A stretch of 24,698 bases of DNA from a virus (lineage: Duplodnaviria > Caudoviricetes): IMG/VR virus record IMGVR_UViG_3300020436_000090, positions 1-24,698 of that record; one strand, 5' to 3'. A program made the position numbers and the translations under genes. Below are positions 16,339 to 24,298 of this stretch, piece by piece. Within the stretch, counting starts at the first letter, position 1; each line of letters starts with the position of its first letter. The notes under the pieces are model-generated. The model saw nothing but the letters and a program-made list of their open reading frames with translations, did not search any database and was not told the origin of the DNA.

Positions 16339-16763
16339 AACGCGGCATAAACAAAGTGATGCTAGTTGGCAATGTGGGCAACGACCCTGAGTTTCGGACA
16401 ATGCCTTCTGGTGCATCAGTCACAAATGTAAGTATAGCTACAAGTGAGTCGTGGAAAGATAAAAAGACAGGCGAAGACGCAGAGCGCACAGAGTGGCACA
16501 AATGCGTATTTTTCGGGCCTATTGCTGACGTAGTCAAAAACCTCGCTCACAAAGGCGCAAAGATGTACGTCGAGGGCTCTCTGCGCACACGGTCATGGGA
16601 AGGCAAGGACGGACAAAAGCGTTACACAACTGAAATCATTTGCACTGAAATGCAGTTGTTAGACGGCAAATCGAATGAGCCAAAAACTGATTACAAGTCG
16701 GTAGCGGCAGAGCAAGGAAAACCACAAGAGATAGGAGTGCTTGAAGATGACATCCCGTTTTAA
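16335..16763 (+). CDS. ssb: Single-stranded DNA-binding protein
   Basis: INKVMLVGNVGNDPE, TEWH, YVEGSLRTRSW, RYTTEI and C-terminal DDIPF. Confidence 0.96.
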   Translation: MKRGINKVMLVGNVGNDPEFRTMPSGASVTNVSIATSESWKDKKTGEDAERTEWHKCVFFGPIADVVKNLAHKGAKMYVEGSLRTRSWEGKDGQKRYTTEIICTEMQLLDGKSNEPKTDYKSVAAEQGKPQEIGVLEDDIPF

Positions 16764-17073
16764 CCCCGGTTTAAGTGTGCGTTACGCGCAGGCTAAAAAC
16801 CGCGTGAGCAACAGAGAATTAGCGAAGCACATGGACGTTGCACCGATCCAGGTATCGCGTTGGCGCGTGGCAACAGATATGAGGTTGAGCAGGCTGGAAA
16901 GCCTTGCCACCTTTTTCGGTCTATCAATCACTGAGTTTTTGGAGCTAGGCACACAGAGTAGTCAGACGGCTATGTTGCCGAGCGGAGAGGTTGTAGAGAT
17001 TGCTTACAGCACGCCAGAGTCAGAGCAGCCGGTTGTGTCAGTTAGTGAGAATCAGGTCGTAGTTAACGTGTAG
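16747..17073 (+). CDS. XRE-family HTH transcriptional regulator
   Basis: SNRELAKHMDVAPIQVSRWR...LESLATFFGLSITEF; RBS AGGAG. Confidence 0.8.
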   Translation: MTSRFNPGLSVRYAQAKNRVSNRELAKHMDVAPIQVSRWRVATDMRLSRLESLATFFGLSITEFLELGTQSSQTAMLPSGEVVEIAYSTPESEQPVVSVSENQVVVNV

Positions 17074-17082
17074 AAATTAAAA

Positions 17083-17400
17083 CCCCCCTGGTGGGTTGCG
17101 GCACGCAGGGGGGGAACTACTTTTAGGAGTGCCATCGCTTCAAAGGGGATATGAAGCTCTGGCACATCGATTTTATCGAAGCCTAAGCGGAACCGCAAAC
17201 AATCCTCAGAGACTGTTGGGCGGTAGGCCGAGGAACAAAATAACCTCGGAGCGGAGTTGACCCTCTCTATGCACGCCCCCGAATGCTGAGAGCAAGTAGT
17301 CGGGACAGACGTCAAGATTCGATACAGCAGTCGTCGCTCGTTATCTTTTCACGTATAGTGTGTAACAGCACGGGCGTAGCTGTGCACAGTAAAAGGGGAA
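17083..17400 (+). ncRNA. Candidate ~320-nt structured non-coding element (ncRNA, leader or origin)
   Basis: Longest intergenic gap in the window, with many nested complementary segments (see findings). Confidence 0.5.
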
Positions 17401-17405
17401 AATAT

Positions 17406-17681
17406 ATGACGCGTAAGCAAAAGTGGTGGCAGTGGCACAAACAAAATCCTCATGTTTACGAACTGTTCGTTAAGTTCACTTTTCAAGCTATTAAGCGAGG
17501 ACACAAGCGTTGTAGTGCTTGGTTAATAGTTAACAGAATTCGCTGGGAAACAACAATTGAGACGTCAGGCAGCGACTTTAAGATTAGCAACGATTTCATT
17601 GCATACTACGCGCGCTTATTTCATGCGCATTACCCAGAGCATGAAGGATTTTTCAAAATTAAAAAAATGAAGGATGAGTGA
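17406..17681 (+). CDS. Conserved-type phage hypothetical protein (91 aa)
   Basis: RBS AAAAGGGG; NPHVYELF...IRWET...FKISNDFIAYYARLF...GFF motif. Confidence 0.85.
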   Translation: MTRKQKWWQWHKQNPHVYELFVKFTFQAIKRGHKRCSAWLIVNRIRWETTIETSGSDFKISNDFIAYYARLFHAHYPEHEGFFKIKKMKDE

Positions 17682-18058
17682 TGAAGACAAAAGACGACAA
17701 AGATTGGCAACCGTCGGATGAGCAACTGTCTCAATGGCAGCACGCGTATCGAGAAGTTGATGTGTTCACTGAGCTAGACGCGATGGCCTGCTGGTTAGAC
17801 GCTAACCCGTCGAGGCGTAAGACAAAGCGCGGTATGCCTAGATTTGTAAACTTGTGGTTGAGTCGTGCTAACAAGATGGGCGGTAGTCCAGACCACCTCA
17901 AGAGAGAGGTGAAACCAGGCGATCCCATGCCGGTCAGACAATGGACAATGCTGGATATGCTGACACATAACTTTATGGATTGCCCGCAAGTGGCTAAAAA
18001 GTGGTTAGCCGCGCATGGTCAATATGTAGACTCTAAGGGGGTGCGTCATGTCAGCTGA
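17678..18058 (+). CDS. Replication-associated protein resembling the C-terminal (DnaT-like) domain of phage initiators
   Basis: WQPSDE..WQHAY..VDV..EL..M..WLDANP.RRKT..GM.RFVN.WLSRA; start may be 17678 or 17681. Confidence 0.55.
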   Translation: MMKTKDDKDWQPSDEQLSQWQHAYREVDVFTELDAMACWLDANPSRRKTKRGMPRFVNLWLSRANKMGGSPDHLKREVKPGDPMPVRQWTMLDMLTHNFMDCPQVAKKWLAAHGQYVDSKGVRHVS

Positions 18059-18452
18059 AACTTGGTCAATCAAAAATGCAGACCAACGCAAAGCATTGAT
18101 CGATTTTATAAACCAGAATGCTGACTCTGAGGTGACCTTTTCGATTACCCGGGGCCAACGAACTAACAAGCAAAATAATGCGCTGCACGCTTATCTCCGT
18201 GACGTTTCAGAGCAAATGTGCGCTAGGGGTATGGACATGCGTGAGGTGCTAAAGCCAACGGTCGAAATCACACCTACGATGCAAATCGTCAAAGACTACA
18301 TGTGGAAACCAATTCAAGAAAAGGTGCTGGATAAAGCATCCACAGCTGATCTGACGACGCAAGAGGTTGATATGGTTTACCAAGTAATCTCAAAGCACTT
18401 AGCGGAGAAGTTTGACATTGTCGTGCCATTTGGAAGAAGCACATGGGAGTAA
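18048..18452 (+). CDS. NinB/Orf-like recombination protein
   Basis: RTNKQNNALHAYL, STADLTTQE and terminal V.F motifs; next to the NinG-like gene. Confidence 0.7.
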   Translation: MSAETWSIKNADQRKALIDFINQNADSEVTFSITRGQRTNKQNNALHAYLRDVSEQMCARGMDMREVLKPTVEITPTMQIVKDYMWKPIQEKVLDKASTADLTTQEVDMVYQVISKHLAEKFDIVVPFGRSTWE

Positions 18453-18856
18453 AAATAACGCCCGCCGATACAGCATTTGCGAAATGCGTAAAAGAGCGTG
18501 CTGGTTGGGCATGTGAGCGATGCGGCACAAAGTATCCAGAAGGCCACAGAGGACTGCACTGTAGCCACGGGATAGGCCGAGGAACCTGGGCAACTAGATT
18601 CATGGGCCTTAACGCGATTAGCGCCTGTTACGGTTGCCATCAGCTTGAAGGCGGCAATTGGATGCAACGGATGCTTTCAGAGTTTGAGAGAGAGCGTATC
18701 AGAGAGGTTGCCAATGACATCCCGGCAGGCAAGAGCGCACGGAAAACTAAGGGGAAAGGCGACATAGCGAAGCATTACAAAGAGCAGTTAGACCTGATGC
18801 GTCAGCTGCGGGAGTGTGGGGCTACAGGCCGTATAGAGTTTGAGGATTACTTTTAG
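18443..18856 (+). CDS. NinG/Rap-like HNH junction endonuclease
   Basis: AD.AFA.CVKER..WACERCG, LHCSH..GR...TRF...N...CYGCH. Confidence 0.75.
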   Translation: MGVKITPADTAFAKCVKERAGWACERCGTKYPEGHRGLHCSHGIGRGTWATRFMGLNAISACYGCHQLEGGNWMQRMLSEFERERIREVANDIPAGKSARKTKGKGDIAKHYKEQLDLMRQLRECGATGRIEFEDYF

Positions 18857-18865
18857 GAGAAGCAT

Positions 18866-19015
18866 ATGCAGTGTAGTTGCGGCGGTGTTATGGTCGAGCG
18901 ACAAGAAACAAAAGACAAAATTGTCGTGACAAAATACGAAAGATGTGTGTCATGTGGCCGCGTCTACATTCGTTGGAGAAAATCAGACGGGGGTAAAAAT
19001 GCACGTGGGGCGTAA
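18866..19015 (+). CDS. Small zinc-ribbon protein (49 aa; not in the ORF track)
   Basis: RBS AGGAG; MQCSCGG...YERCVSCGRV... Confidence 0.75.
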   Translation: MQCSCGGVMVERQETKDKIVVTKYERCVSCGRVYIRWRKSDGGKNARGA

Positions 19016-19436
19016 ACGATATTACTATAGGGGTATATGTGGGCGCGTCGTAGATGGCGACACTCTGCATGCGCGGCTGGACCTTGGATTTGGTTGTTGG
19101 AAACAAGAGACGATCAGGTTGTACGGCATAGACACGCCAGAAAAAAGAATGGTTCCCGGCGGCACTGAAGACCTAAAGGCGTTGGGCGTGTTAGCGACAG
19201 AGTTCGTGCGGAGGTTAATCCCGCAAAACGGAGAAATCTTTGTCGAGACGCACATAGACAGAGGCAAGTACGGCAGAACGCTTGGCGAAATATGGGTAGG
19301 GGATAACGAAAAAAGCATCAACGAAATGTTAGAAGACGAGCGCCTGGCTGTGCCATATTGGAATACAAGCCGTGCTGACATTTTGGAGCAACATCTTAAC
19401 AACGTGGAGTATCACCGTAGTTTGAATAACCTGTAA
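18999..19436 (+). CDS. Thermonuclease (staphylococcal nuclease family)
   Basis: RVVDGDT, DLGF, IRLYGIDTPE, GKYGRTLG, SINEML. Confidence 0.92.
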   Translation: MHVGRKRYYYRGICGRVVDGDTLHARLDLGFGCWKQETIRLYGIDTPEKRMVPGGTEDLKALGVLATEFVRRLIPQNGEIFVETHIDRGKYGRTLGEIWVGDNEKSINEMLEDERLAVPYWNTSRADILEQHLNNVEYHRSLNNL

Positions 19437-19459
19437 CGTAACAGCTAAGGGGAGATGTT

Positions 19460-19654
19460 ATGAGAGAGGTATTACTGATAGCTGGGTTTGCAATTGCATA
19501 TTCACTGACCAGCACTGGAGACTATTGGGACGAACGAAGGGACGCTGTTCACTATTGCGCGATGGTCGACACTTGGATTCGATTCCAAGGCACACGAGGA
19601 CACCCTAATTACGAAGATAGGGATTGCAGCTGGTACGAGGCGACCAAGCCATGA
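19460..19654 (+). CDS. Small protein with N-terminal TM segment (64 aa)
   Basis: RBS AAGGGGGAG; YCAMV..W...G.RGHPNY..C motif. Confidence 0.75.
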   Translation: MREVLLIAGFAIAYSLTSTGDYWDERRDAVHYCAMVDTWIRFQGTRGHPNYEDRDCSWYEATKP

Positions 19655-19944
19655 GAACGCGTAAAGCAACGGCACCAGAACGCTTTGCCGAACTCGAAAA
19701 ACTAGGAATGACAACATTAACGTCTCCAATGATACAGGAGGCGTTAGGAATTTCTAAGCAAGAGGCGTTAGCGGTTATTGTGTATGGCACCTCAGTGGAT
19801 AAAATACGGTTATCTAAACGAGTCAACAGCCATGAGGCAGCGTTTACCGAATACGAACTAAGCTCGTGGCGGCAGAAGTGGATTACGAAGCCCTGGGGTG
19901 TGGCAAATGTATCAAGAGATCGTGATCGAATGGCACCCGATTGA
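19651..19944 (+). CDS. Hypothetical protein (97 aa, possible winged HTH)
   Basis: ATGA overlap; TSPMIQEALGISKQEA. Confidence 0.65.
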   Translation: MRTRKATAPERFAELEKLGMTTLTSPMIQEALGISKQEALAVIVYGTSVDKIRLSKRVNSHEAAFTEYELSSWRQKWITKPWGVANVSRDRDRMAPD

Positions 19945-20101
19945 AACACTCCCAAAGACGGAAGGGACGTATCTCATTGCGTTCGACGATGAGAGCGTAG
20001 AAACGTATCCTGTAAGCCAGGCAGATATTGACAGCGGCACAATCAAAGCGGGTTTCAGTAAAGGCTTGTATTGGGCCTACCCGCTCGACGCACCTGAGTA
20101 G
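19907..20101 (+). CDS. Small phage protein, DUF551-like (64 aa)
   Basis: WHPIETLPK..GTYLI...YWAYP..P motif. Confidence 0.65.
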   Translation: MYQEIVIEWHPIETLPKTEGTYLIAFDDESVETYPVSQADIDSGTIKAGFSKGLYWAYPLDAPE

Positions 20102-20106
20102 CCGCA

Positions 20107-20325
20107 ATGCATACTAATCTTTTAGAGGTGCTGGCAAATGCGATCATGAGCCGGGATGCGCAAGACGACATCATTGACGCTATTAGAAGCGCCGATGCAA
20201 AGGCTCGGGCAGCAAAGTCTGATGTCTACGTCATGGCAGACCTATCTTGCTGTTTGCCAGGAGAGGCTACAGGTGAACCATTAGAGATTATTCGATATAT
20301 CTCAGATGATGTTTCTGACGAATAG
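20107..20325 (+). CDS. Hypothetical protein (72 aa)
   Basis: Fills the gap before TerS; LEIIRY motif. Confidence 0.6.
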   Translation: MHTNLLEVLANAIMSRDAQDDIIDAIRSADAKARAAKSDVYVMADLSCCLPGEATGEPLEIIRYISDDVSDE

Positions 20326-20327
20326 TT

Positions 20328-20336
20328 TGGTATCCT
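20328..20336 (+). promoter_or_regulatory. Extended -10 promoter, probably giving a leaderless TerS transcript
   Basis: TGGTATCCT ends 6 nt before the ATG at 20343; no Shine-Dalgarno. Confidence 0.5.
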
Positions 20337-20342
20337 TGGCGC

Positions 20343-20747
20343 ATGGACGAAGTCAACAAAGGCGGGCGACCGCGTACAACTCTTACTCCAGAGCAAATTG
20401 AAGAGGTGGAAAAGCTAGCTGCAGTCCTAAATCAGACTCAGCTATGCGACTTCATTGGTGTGCCAGCGCGCACGTTTCGAGAAATCATGGCTCGTGATGA
20501 AGAGGTTTCTGCCGCTTATAAAAGAGGATGTGCAAAAGCTGTTAGCTCTGTCGCGCAGTCTTTGTTGCAAAGCGCCAGAGACGGAAACATTACTGCGCAA
20601 ATCTTTTATTTGAAAACCCGAGGCGGCTGGAAGGAAACAGCGCCTGACCCAGTAGAAGCGCCGCCTACACGCATTGAGCTAACTGCAAAGCTGCCAGATC
20701 ACGAGCACTATGTAGATGACGACGAACCCGAATACCAAAACCATTGA
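20343..20747 (+). CDS. terS: Terminase small subunit
   Basis: GGRP, HTH, AAYKRG, GNITAQIFYLKTRGGWKE; overlaps TerL. Confidence 0.85.
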   Translation: MDEVNKGGRPRTTLTPEQIEEVEKLAAVLNQTQLCDFIGVPARTFREIMARDEEVSAAYKRGCAKAVSSVAQSLLQSARDGNITAQIFYLKTRGGWKETAPDPVEAPPTRIELTAKLPDHEHYVDDDEPEYQNH

Positions 20748-22008
20748 GTTGCCGCCAAAGCTGGTTGACCTGTTCAACGGTGAGGCGAGGTATCGAGTTG
20801 CGTACGGTGGCCGGGGATCAGGAAAATCGAGGTCGTTCGCAACAATGGCTGCTGTGCGCGGGTACATCTGGGGCCAGGAGGGTAGGCAGGGACAGATACT
20901 TTGCGCCCGCGAATACATGAACAGTTTGGCCGAATCTAGCTTCACGGAGATTGAGGGGGCGATTCGGGCCTATGACTGGCTGGAAGATTATTACGAGATT
21001 GGCGAGCGTTATATTCGCTCTCGGGACCGCAACATCGAATTCACATTTAGCGGTCTACGGCGTAATCTGGATAGTATTAAATCTAAGTCTCGTATTCTCC
21101 TCTGTTGGATTGATGAGGCAGAAACGGTCAGCAGGGAAGCGTACGACAAGTTAATTCCTACAGTGCGTGAAGAGGACTCTGAGGTATGGGTGAGCTATAA
21201 CCCAGAGTCTAGCCAGTCGGCTACGCATCAAAGGTTCCGCGACACGCCGCCACAGCATTGCAAGATTGCCGAAATCAATTGGCGAGATAACCCGTACTTC
21301 CCGGTTGTTCTCGAAAGAGAGCGCCGCCAAGACCTCAAACTGCGTCCAGAAACCTACGACCATATTTGGGAAGGCGGCTTCCTGACCTATCGAGAGGGCG
21401 CGTATTACGCGGTAGAGATGGCCGAGGCGCGTGATGAGGAGCGTATTTCTAATGTGCCATACGACCGCAATGTCGGCGTCGTAACGGCGTGGGACTTGGG
21501 AATGGACGACAGCACTGCTATTTGGTTTGCACAATACGTTGGTAAGGAAGTGCGCCTCATCGATTATTACGAAGCTAGTGGCTACGCCTTAGATCATTAC
21601 GCAAAGGTGCTGCAGGAAAAGGGTTATCACTATCAGTCACATATTTTGCCGCATGACGTTAGGGTCAAAGAGCTAGGCACGGGTAAGTCACGCTACGAGG
21701 TATTGCAGTCGCTTGGTCTTTTTAACATAGAGATATGCCCCATGATGGGCATCGAGGACGGCATACAGCAAGTGCGCTCTACTATCCCCATGGCCTGGTT
21801 CGACAAGGAAAAGTGCGACCGGGGCATCAATGCGTTGATGAACTACCGCCGCGATTGGGATGACGTCGGCAAGGCATGGCGCGGCAAACCTAAGCACGAT
21901 TGGTCGTCACACGGAGCCGATGCTATGAGATACTTGGCCGTCGGTTATCGCCCTGTATCGTCAAGTTGGGGCGAGCCTATACGAAGGAACATTCAGGGAC
22001 TGGCTTAA
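20716..22008 (+). CDS. terL: Terminase large subunit (PBSX/Terminase_3 type)
   Basis: Walker A GGRGSGKS, CARE, Walker B WIDEAE, YNP, NWRDNPYF, AWDLG..DSTAIW, HDWSSHGADAMRY. Confidence 0.96.
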   Translation: MTTNPNTKTIELPPKLVDLFNGEARYRVAYGGRGSGKSRSFATMAAVRGYIWGQEGRQGQILCAREYMNSLAESSFTEIEGAIRAYDWLEDYYEIGERYIRSRDRNIEFTFSGLRRNLDSIKSKSRILLCWIDEAETVSREAYDKLIPTVREEDSEVWVSYNPESSQSATHQRFRDTPPQHCKIAEINWRDNPYFPVVLERERRQDLKLRPETYDHIWEGGFLTYREGAYYAVEMAEARDEERISNVPYDRNVGVVTAWDLGMDDSTAIWFAQYVGKEVRLIDYYEASGYALDHYAKVLQEKGYHYQSHILPHDVRVKELGTGKSRYEVLQSLGLFNIEICPMMGIEDGIQQVRSTIPMAWFDKEKCDRGINALMNYRRDWDDVGKAWRGKPKHDWSSHGADAMRYLAVGYRPVSSSWGEPIRRNIQGLA

Positions 22009-23615
22009 TGTCTGTTATGGGATTGCTTAGTGACGTTGCGATGCGCCTTGTGCGTCAGGGTTATCCAGAGTCGGTAGCTGAGAGAATCGCTTCTGGTGAG
22101 TTACCGATGGACACTGCAAGCCGTATGCAGCGGGCTAGGCAGCTGGGTTTTGATCCCGATGATGTCCAGTATCACGGAACGTCTGCGGATTTTACTGAGT
22201 TTAGGCCGAGCGAATTCGGCAATGTTGGCCCCGGGGTTTACATGTCACGTAATCCCGATGTCGCGTCAAGTTATGCTAGCCCGGCAAGGGAGGGTATGCG
22301 AGAAGGCGCGCAAGTGATGCCGTTGCTGACGCGCGGCGAGACTATCATCGACAAGGACTATTTTGCGCAGAATCCTGATACCCGCCTGTCGGAGATGGCA
22401 GACCTAAATGCCAGGCTGAGAGAGCAAGGCATAACGAACATCCAAGAGGCTCCTAGTGCGCCTGACAGAGCGGTATTTGATCCTAGAGACATACGGTCGC
22501 TGTTTAGCGGCGCATTTGACCCAGAATACACCGGACCCAACATACTAGGCGCTACAGCAACGACAGCTGGCGCACTAGGGCTATTGGCGGCACCGGAAGA
22601 GGCAGAGGCAGGGTTCATAACTCGTGGCGGTAGAGGTTTGTTAGAGGCATTCCACGGCTCCCCTCACAAGTTCGATAAGTTCTCAATGGATCAGATCGGC
22701 ACTGGCGAGGGCGCTCAGGCTTATGGGCATGGGTTGTACTTTGCTGACAACGTGGATGTGGCGAGGGAGTACAGGGACAATCTGAAGGATTGGGATTCTG
22801 TATTTGAGATGAACAATCGGCTCGCTGAATTGCAATCTGAAATCGATGGCGCAAGCGGCGCAAAGCTCAAAAAGCTGGTCAGTGAATATGAGCAAGTTGC
22901 TGAAGCAAGAGAGCTTGTAATGAACGATCCCGGTGCCCTCTACCGCACCGAGATAGACGTAACCCCCGAGTCCCTGCTGGATTGGGACAAGCCGCTGAGT
23001 GAGCAACCAAATGCTCTCAGGGCGTTTCAGGAAATTTATTCAGATGAGGCGATGCGCCTCGACCCAGAAATACTAGGGCCGCTGTACTCCAATCCCGCTG
23101 ATGTGGATATGGCAACGCTTGGCTTGTTTGATAAGAGCAAAGGCGCTCAGGCGTACAACACTATCAAAGACATGAATTATGTTCGCGGTGCGCCCGCCAT
23201 GTCAGAGAAGCTGCGCGAAAAGGGCATCCAAGGCATCAAGTACCTCGACGGTGACAGCCGCGCCGTGGGCGATGGCACAAGCAACTACGTCATTTTTGAC
23301 GACAGCTTGATTAACATTGCAGAACGAGGTGTTGCTGACCCTCGATTGCTTGGCGGCACGGCGCTGGGCACTGCGGGGATTTTGGGAGCGATAGCGGCAG
23401 GCGACCGAGATAACACGGCAATGGCCGTGTCTCCACGTAGTGACACGCTACAGGGCATCACGATGGGGCTACGGGACGTAGAGCGCAGGCTTGAAGGCAG
23501 TCCAGCGTCGTTGTTGTTCCCCGAAGGTGTTGTAAATTATCTGGAAACGGTAAACAGGCCATATGAAGACCCAACTGCGTTGACGCGGGCTATGGCGCTG
23601 CTAGATTTCCTATAA
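22008..23615 (+). CDS. Tandem ADP-ribosyltransferase-like (ART-PolyVal type) protein, 535 aa
   Basis: TAATG overlap with TerL; domain 1 YHGT..F..F...GPGVY.S...VFDPRDIRS; domain 2 FHGSPHKFDKF...GTGEGAQAYGHGLYFA...GIQGIKY...NYVIFD. Confidence 0.7.
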   Translation: MSVMGLLSDVAMRLVRQGYPESVAERIASGELPMDTASRMQRARQLGFDPDDVQYHGTSADFTEFRPSEFGNVGPGVYMSRNPDVASSYASPAREGMREGAQVMPLLTRGETIIDKDYFAQNPDTRLSEMADLNARLREQGITNIQEAPSAPDRAVFDPRDIRSLFSGAFDPEYTGPNILGATATTAGALGLLAAPEEAEAGFITRGGRGLLEAFHGSPHKFDKFSMDQIGTGEGAQAYGHGLYFADNVDVAREYRDNLKDWDSVFEMNNRLAELQSEIDGASGAKLKKLVSEYEQVAEARELVMNDPGALYRTEIDVTPESLLDWDKPLSEQPNALRAFQEIYSDEAMRLDPEILGPLYSNPADVDMATLGLFDKSKGAQAYNTIKDMNYVRGAPAMSEKLREKGIQGIKYLDGDSRAVGDGTSNYVIFDDSLINIAERGVADPRLLGGTALGTAGILGAIAAGDRDNTAMAVSPRSDTLQGITMGLRDVERRLEGSPASLLFPEGVVNYLETVNRPYEDPTALTRAMALLDFL

Positions 23616-23630
23616 AGCTATGGAAAAAGG

Positions 23631-23636
23631 TATAAT
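23631..23636 (+). promoter_or_regulatory. -10 element of a probable leaderless late promoter
   Basis: Perfect TATAAT ending 6 nt before the ATG at 23643. Confidence 0.6.
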
Positions 23637-23642
23637 CGGGCG

Positions 23643-23879
23643 ATGAAGCCAGCCAAAGGCAAGGCAAGAGTTAAGAAAACGTCAACTGGCAAGAAGGTCA
23701 GTTACGGCTTGAAGGGTGCAAAGGTAAAGCCCGGGACGAAGAAGGGCGACAGTTATTGCGCGCGCAGCCTTGGGATAAAGAAGCGCCTATCAAAGAAAAA
23801 ACAAAACGACCCGAATACGCCAAATAACCTGTCACGTAAACGCTGGAAATGTTCCGGCGCGAAGTCAAGGAGAAAGTGA
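23643..23879 (+). CDS. Small basic phage protein (78 aa)
   Basis: KKVSYG..G...PGTKKGDSYCARS...NDPN...SRKRWKC. Confidence 0.8.
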   Translation: MKPAKGKARVKKTSTGKKVSYGLKGAKVKPGTKKGDSYCARSLGIKKRLSKKKQNDPNTPNNLSRKRWKCSGAKSRRK

Positions 23880-24058
23880 TGCCGAAAGGTGTTAAGCACT
23901 ACTTCAAAGACGGCACTGAACACAAAGGCGGGATGCACAAGATGCCTAACGGCGAAATGCATTCTGGCGCACGGCACAACAGCAACAGTAAACCGCTTGT
24001 GCATTTTGGCAAGCTATCTAAGTCAGCGAAAGCGAAAGCTAGAAAGGGGTGGAGATGA
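23879..24058 (+). CDS. Small basic His-rich protein (59 aa)
   Basis: TGATG overlap, RBS AGGAG; MPKGVKHYFKDG..HKG.MHKMPNGE.HSG..H. Confidence 0.8.
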   Translation: MPKGVKHYFKDGTEHKGGMHKMPNGEMHSGARHNSNSKPLVHFGKLSKSAKAKARKGWR

Positions 24059-24120
24059 TGCCAGGTACTCACAAAGGTAAGAAGAAGAAAAAAGGTAAGG
24101 GAAAAGGCTATGGCAAGTAA
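24058..24120 (+). CDS. Lys/Gly-rich micropeptide (20 aa; not in the ORF track)
   Basis: MPGTHKGKKKKKGKGKGYGK*; TGATG coupling and GGAG RBS. Confidence 0.6.
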   Translation: MPGTHKGKKKKKGKGKGYGK

Positions 24121-24295
24121 ACGCGGTCTATATGCCAACATTCAAGCCAAACGCCGACGAATAAAGGCGCAGAAGGCGCGTGGAGAAACGCCAGAGCGAA
24201 TGAGGAAGCCTGGCACGAAAGGCGCGCCTACCGCAGCAGCGTTTAAGGCGGCGGCAAAAACTGCTAAAAAGCCAAAAAAACGCAAGAAGAGGTAG
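24110..24295 (+). CDS. Small basic protein (61 aa)
   Basis: GLYANIQAKRRRI...MRKPG.KGAPTAAAFK.AAKTAKK. Confidence 0.8.
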   Translation: MASKRGLYANIQAKRRRIKAQKARGETPERMRKPGTKGAPTAAAFKAAAKTAKKPKKRKKR

Positions 24296-24298
24296 CCT

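Noticed and set aside
17052-17405. Minus-strand 87-aa ORF and the 17283 start extension
   Set aside because: No RBS or motifs; the region is better explained as structured non-coding sequence, with the true start at 17406
21900-22007. N-terminal extension of the 571-aa ORF
   Set aside because: Overlaps the TerL C-terminus; TAATG coupling supports 22008
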